Under the pieces are notes generated by a model. That model did not search any database. It saw only the letters and a program-made list of their open reading frames with translations, and was not told the origin of the DNA. The translations under genes were made by a program, and so were the position numbers. DNA of 63,471 bases, the filler included, from Rhabdomonas costata (Eukaryota): the NCBI GenBank assembly GCA_019059605.1. It is 35 parts of 35 records of this genome, joined end to end, with 100 filler letters (N's around TTAATTAATTAA, not from the genome) between each part and the next. Parts side by side here need not be neighbours in the genome. Positions count along the whole stretch, not along the records: positions 61,757 to 63,471 come from JAHMHO010010170.1; 34 more parts are not named here. One strand, given 5' to 3'. Shown here piece after piece: positions 62,508 to 63,471 of this stretch. Numbering within the stretch: position 1 is the stretch's first letter; each line of letters starts with the position of its first letter.

Positions 62508-63471
62508 CTACACTGCAAGGCGGGCCATCGCCAGAAAACAGGTAAGATAAGGATAGCGAAAAAACGGCAAAGACAAAAAAGGGCTGCGAGATAGCAGGCC
62601 GCGGTCCTGTATGCTTGAGGGTACGTGCGCAGTGAAAGAAATGCAAGGGCAGCGGACTGATTGTCAGTAATCAGCGATCTCCGGAGGAATCACTTCCTTA
62701 GTAGGGTGGGAATCGGGCTCTTAACTTTGGTTTTGGTCAAAAACTTCATCGGCCGATGGTAATTGCAAGTCCCATATCCCTTAGCCATCGTTCTAAGGCC
62801 GCTCAGCTCTGGCTTTTGAAATATAGACAGGCGAGAGGCGAGCGTAACAATCCTGACAAAAAATTAAACATTAAGATATAAAAACTCATCTCGTGAGTAG
62901 AGAAAGAAGAAGGAAAGAAACTATTCCAAGATGCAACTTGATGAACATATAGATCTAGATGCCCGATCGGTCTTTACGAGTTAACAGACCAAGGAGTTAT
63001 CTCAAAAATAAAGGCGCAATTATTGCGGTGTCGTGATGTCGAGGCAGGTTGGCCAATGAACAGGTTAACTGCAAATCTTGAACGACCTGTGATTTCAGTC
63101 AACAAAACAACGATAGTGTTTACTATCGCGTACGCTGTGGTGCACTAGCCGCACTAGCAGTTGAGGTCAGCGGTCAGCCCCTCCTCCGCCACAAGCGGCG
63201 GCCGAGTGCAGCGGGGTGCTGCTGTGATCCACAGCCTCCACACTGTCCTGACCTGCTGCATCTGTGCGGTGATCTGGGGGTCAAACCGCGCGGCTCGGGG
63301 CATATAAGTTTCTTCATTTTTTTCTGCAACAAGACATCGTCACATCGTCCAGTGTTCCAAGTCCGGCGCACATAACAGCCGCACAGATACAAAGAGGAGA
63401 GGAGTACAAGAGAGTAAGGGAGAACAATACACTATGAGGGCATGTGGGACACGTCATCGGAAACGCCCAAC

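Noticed and set aside
62508..62528. In-frame TAG between an ATG and a signal-like segment as stop-codon reassignment
   Set aside because: A single case. The TAG can be a splice acceptor, conserved exons elsewhere contain no in-frame stops, and cytochrome c ends at a normal TAA.
1..63471. rRNA, tRNA, spliced-leader RNA or snRNA genes, and most short ORFs in the supplied track
   Set aside because: I recognised no RNA gene motifs by eye (Infernal or tRNAscan would be decisive). Most short ORFs are antisense or intronic shadows or run into N spacers.

Overview
This window is not contiguous DNA. It is 35 unrelated contigs of about 1.7 kb each, apparently size-sorted, joined by an artificial 100-bp spacer (N44-TTAATTAATTAA-N44, stops in all six frames). 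Neighbourhood across spacers therefore means nothing, and most of the supplied ORFs are spurious or partial. The DNA is from an intron-rich eukaryote. Its cytochrome c closely resembles Euglena cytochrome c as I recall it, so a euglenozoan, probably a euglenid, is the best guess. G/T-only contig tips and terminal fold-backs point to whole-genome amplification. Genes I could reconstruct by hand across spliceosomal introns: Rpn8/PSMD7, cytochrome c, an ABCB/MDR transporter, a DHHC palmitoyltransferase (with a 13-nt microexon) and a bacterial-type FAD/Fe-S D-lactate dehydrogenase (Dld-II-like). Recognised from one or two exons: a bacterial-type GalT and Sel1-, TBL1- and fucosyltransferase-like proteins. 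Also present: an intronless F-box+ankyrin gene, a broken LRR gene and several decayed retroelements. One strongly AT-rich contig encodes a viral fibre-like repeat protein, the best candidate for an undescribed (endogenous) virus. Two introns are forced by protein conservation to use non-consensus GC donors. All homology calls come from motif recognition, not database searches.
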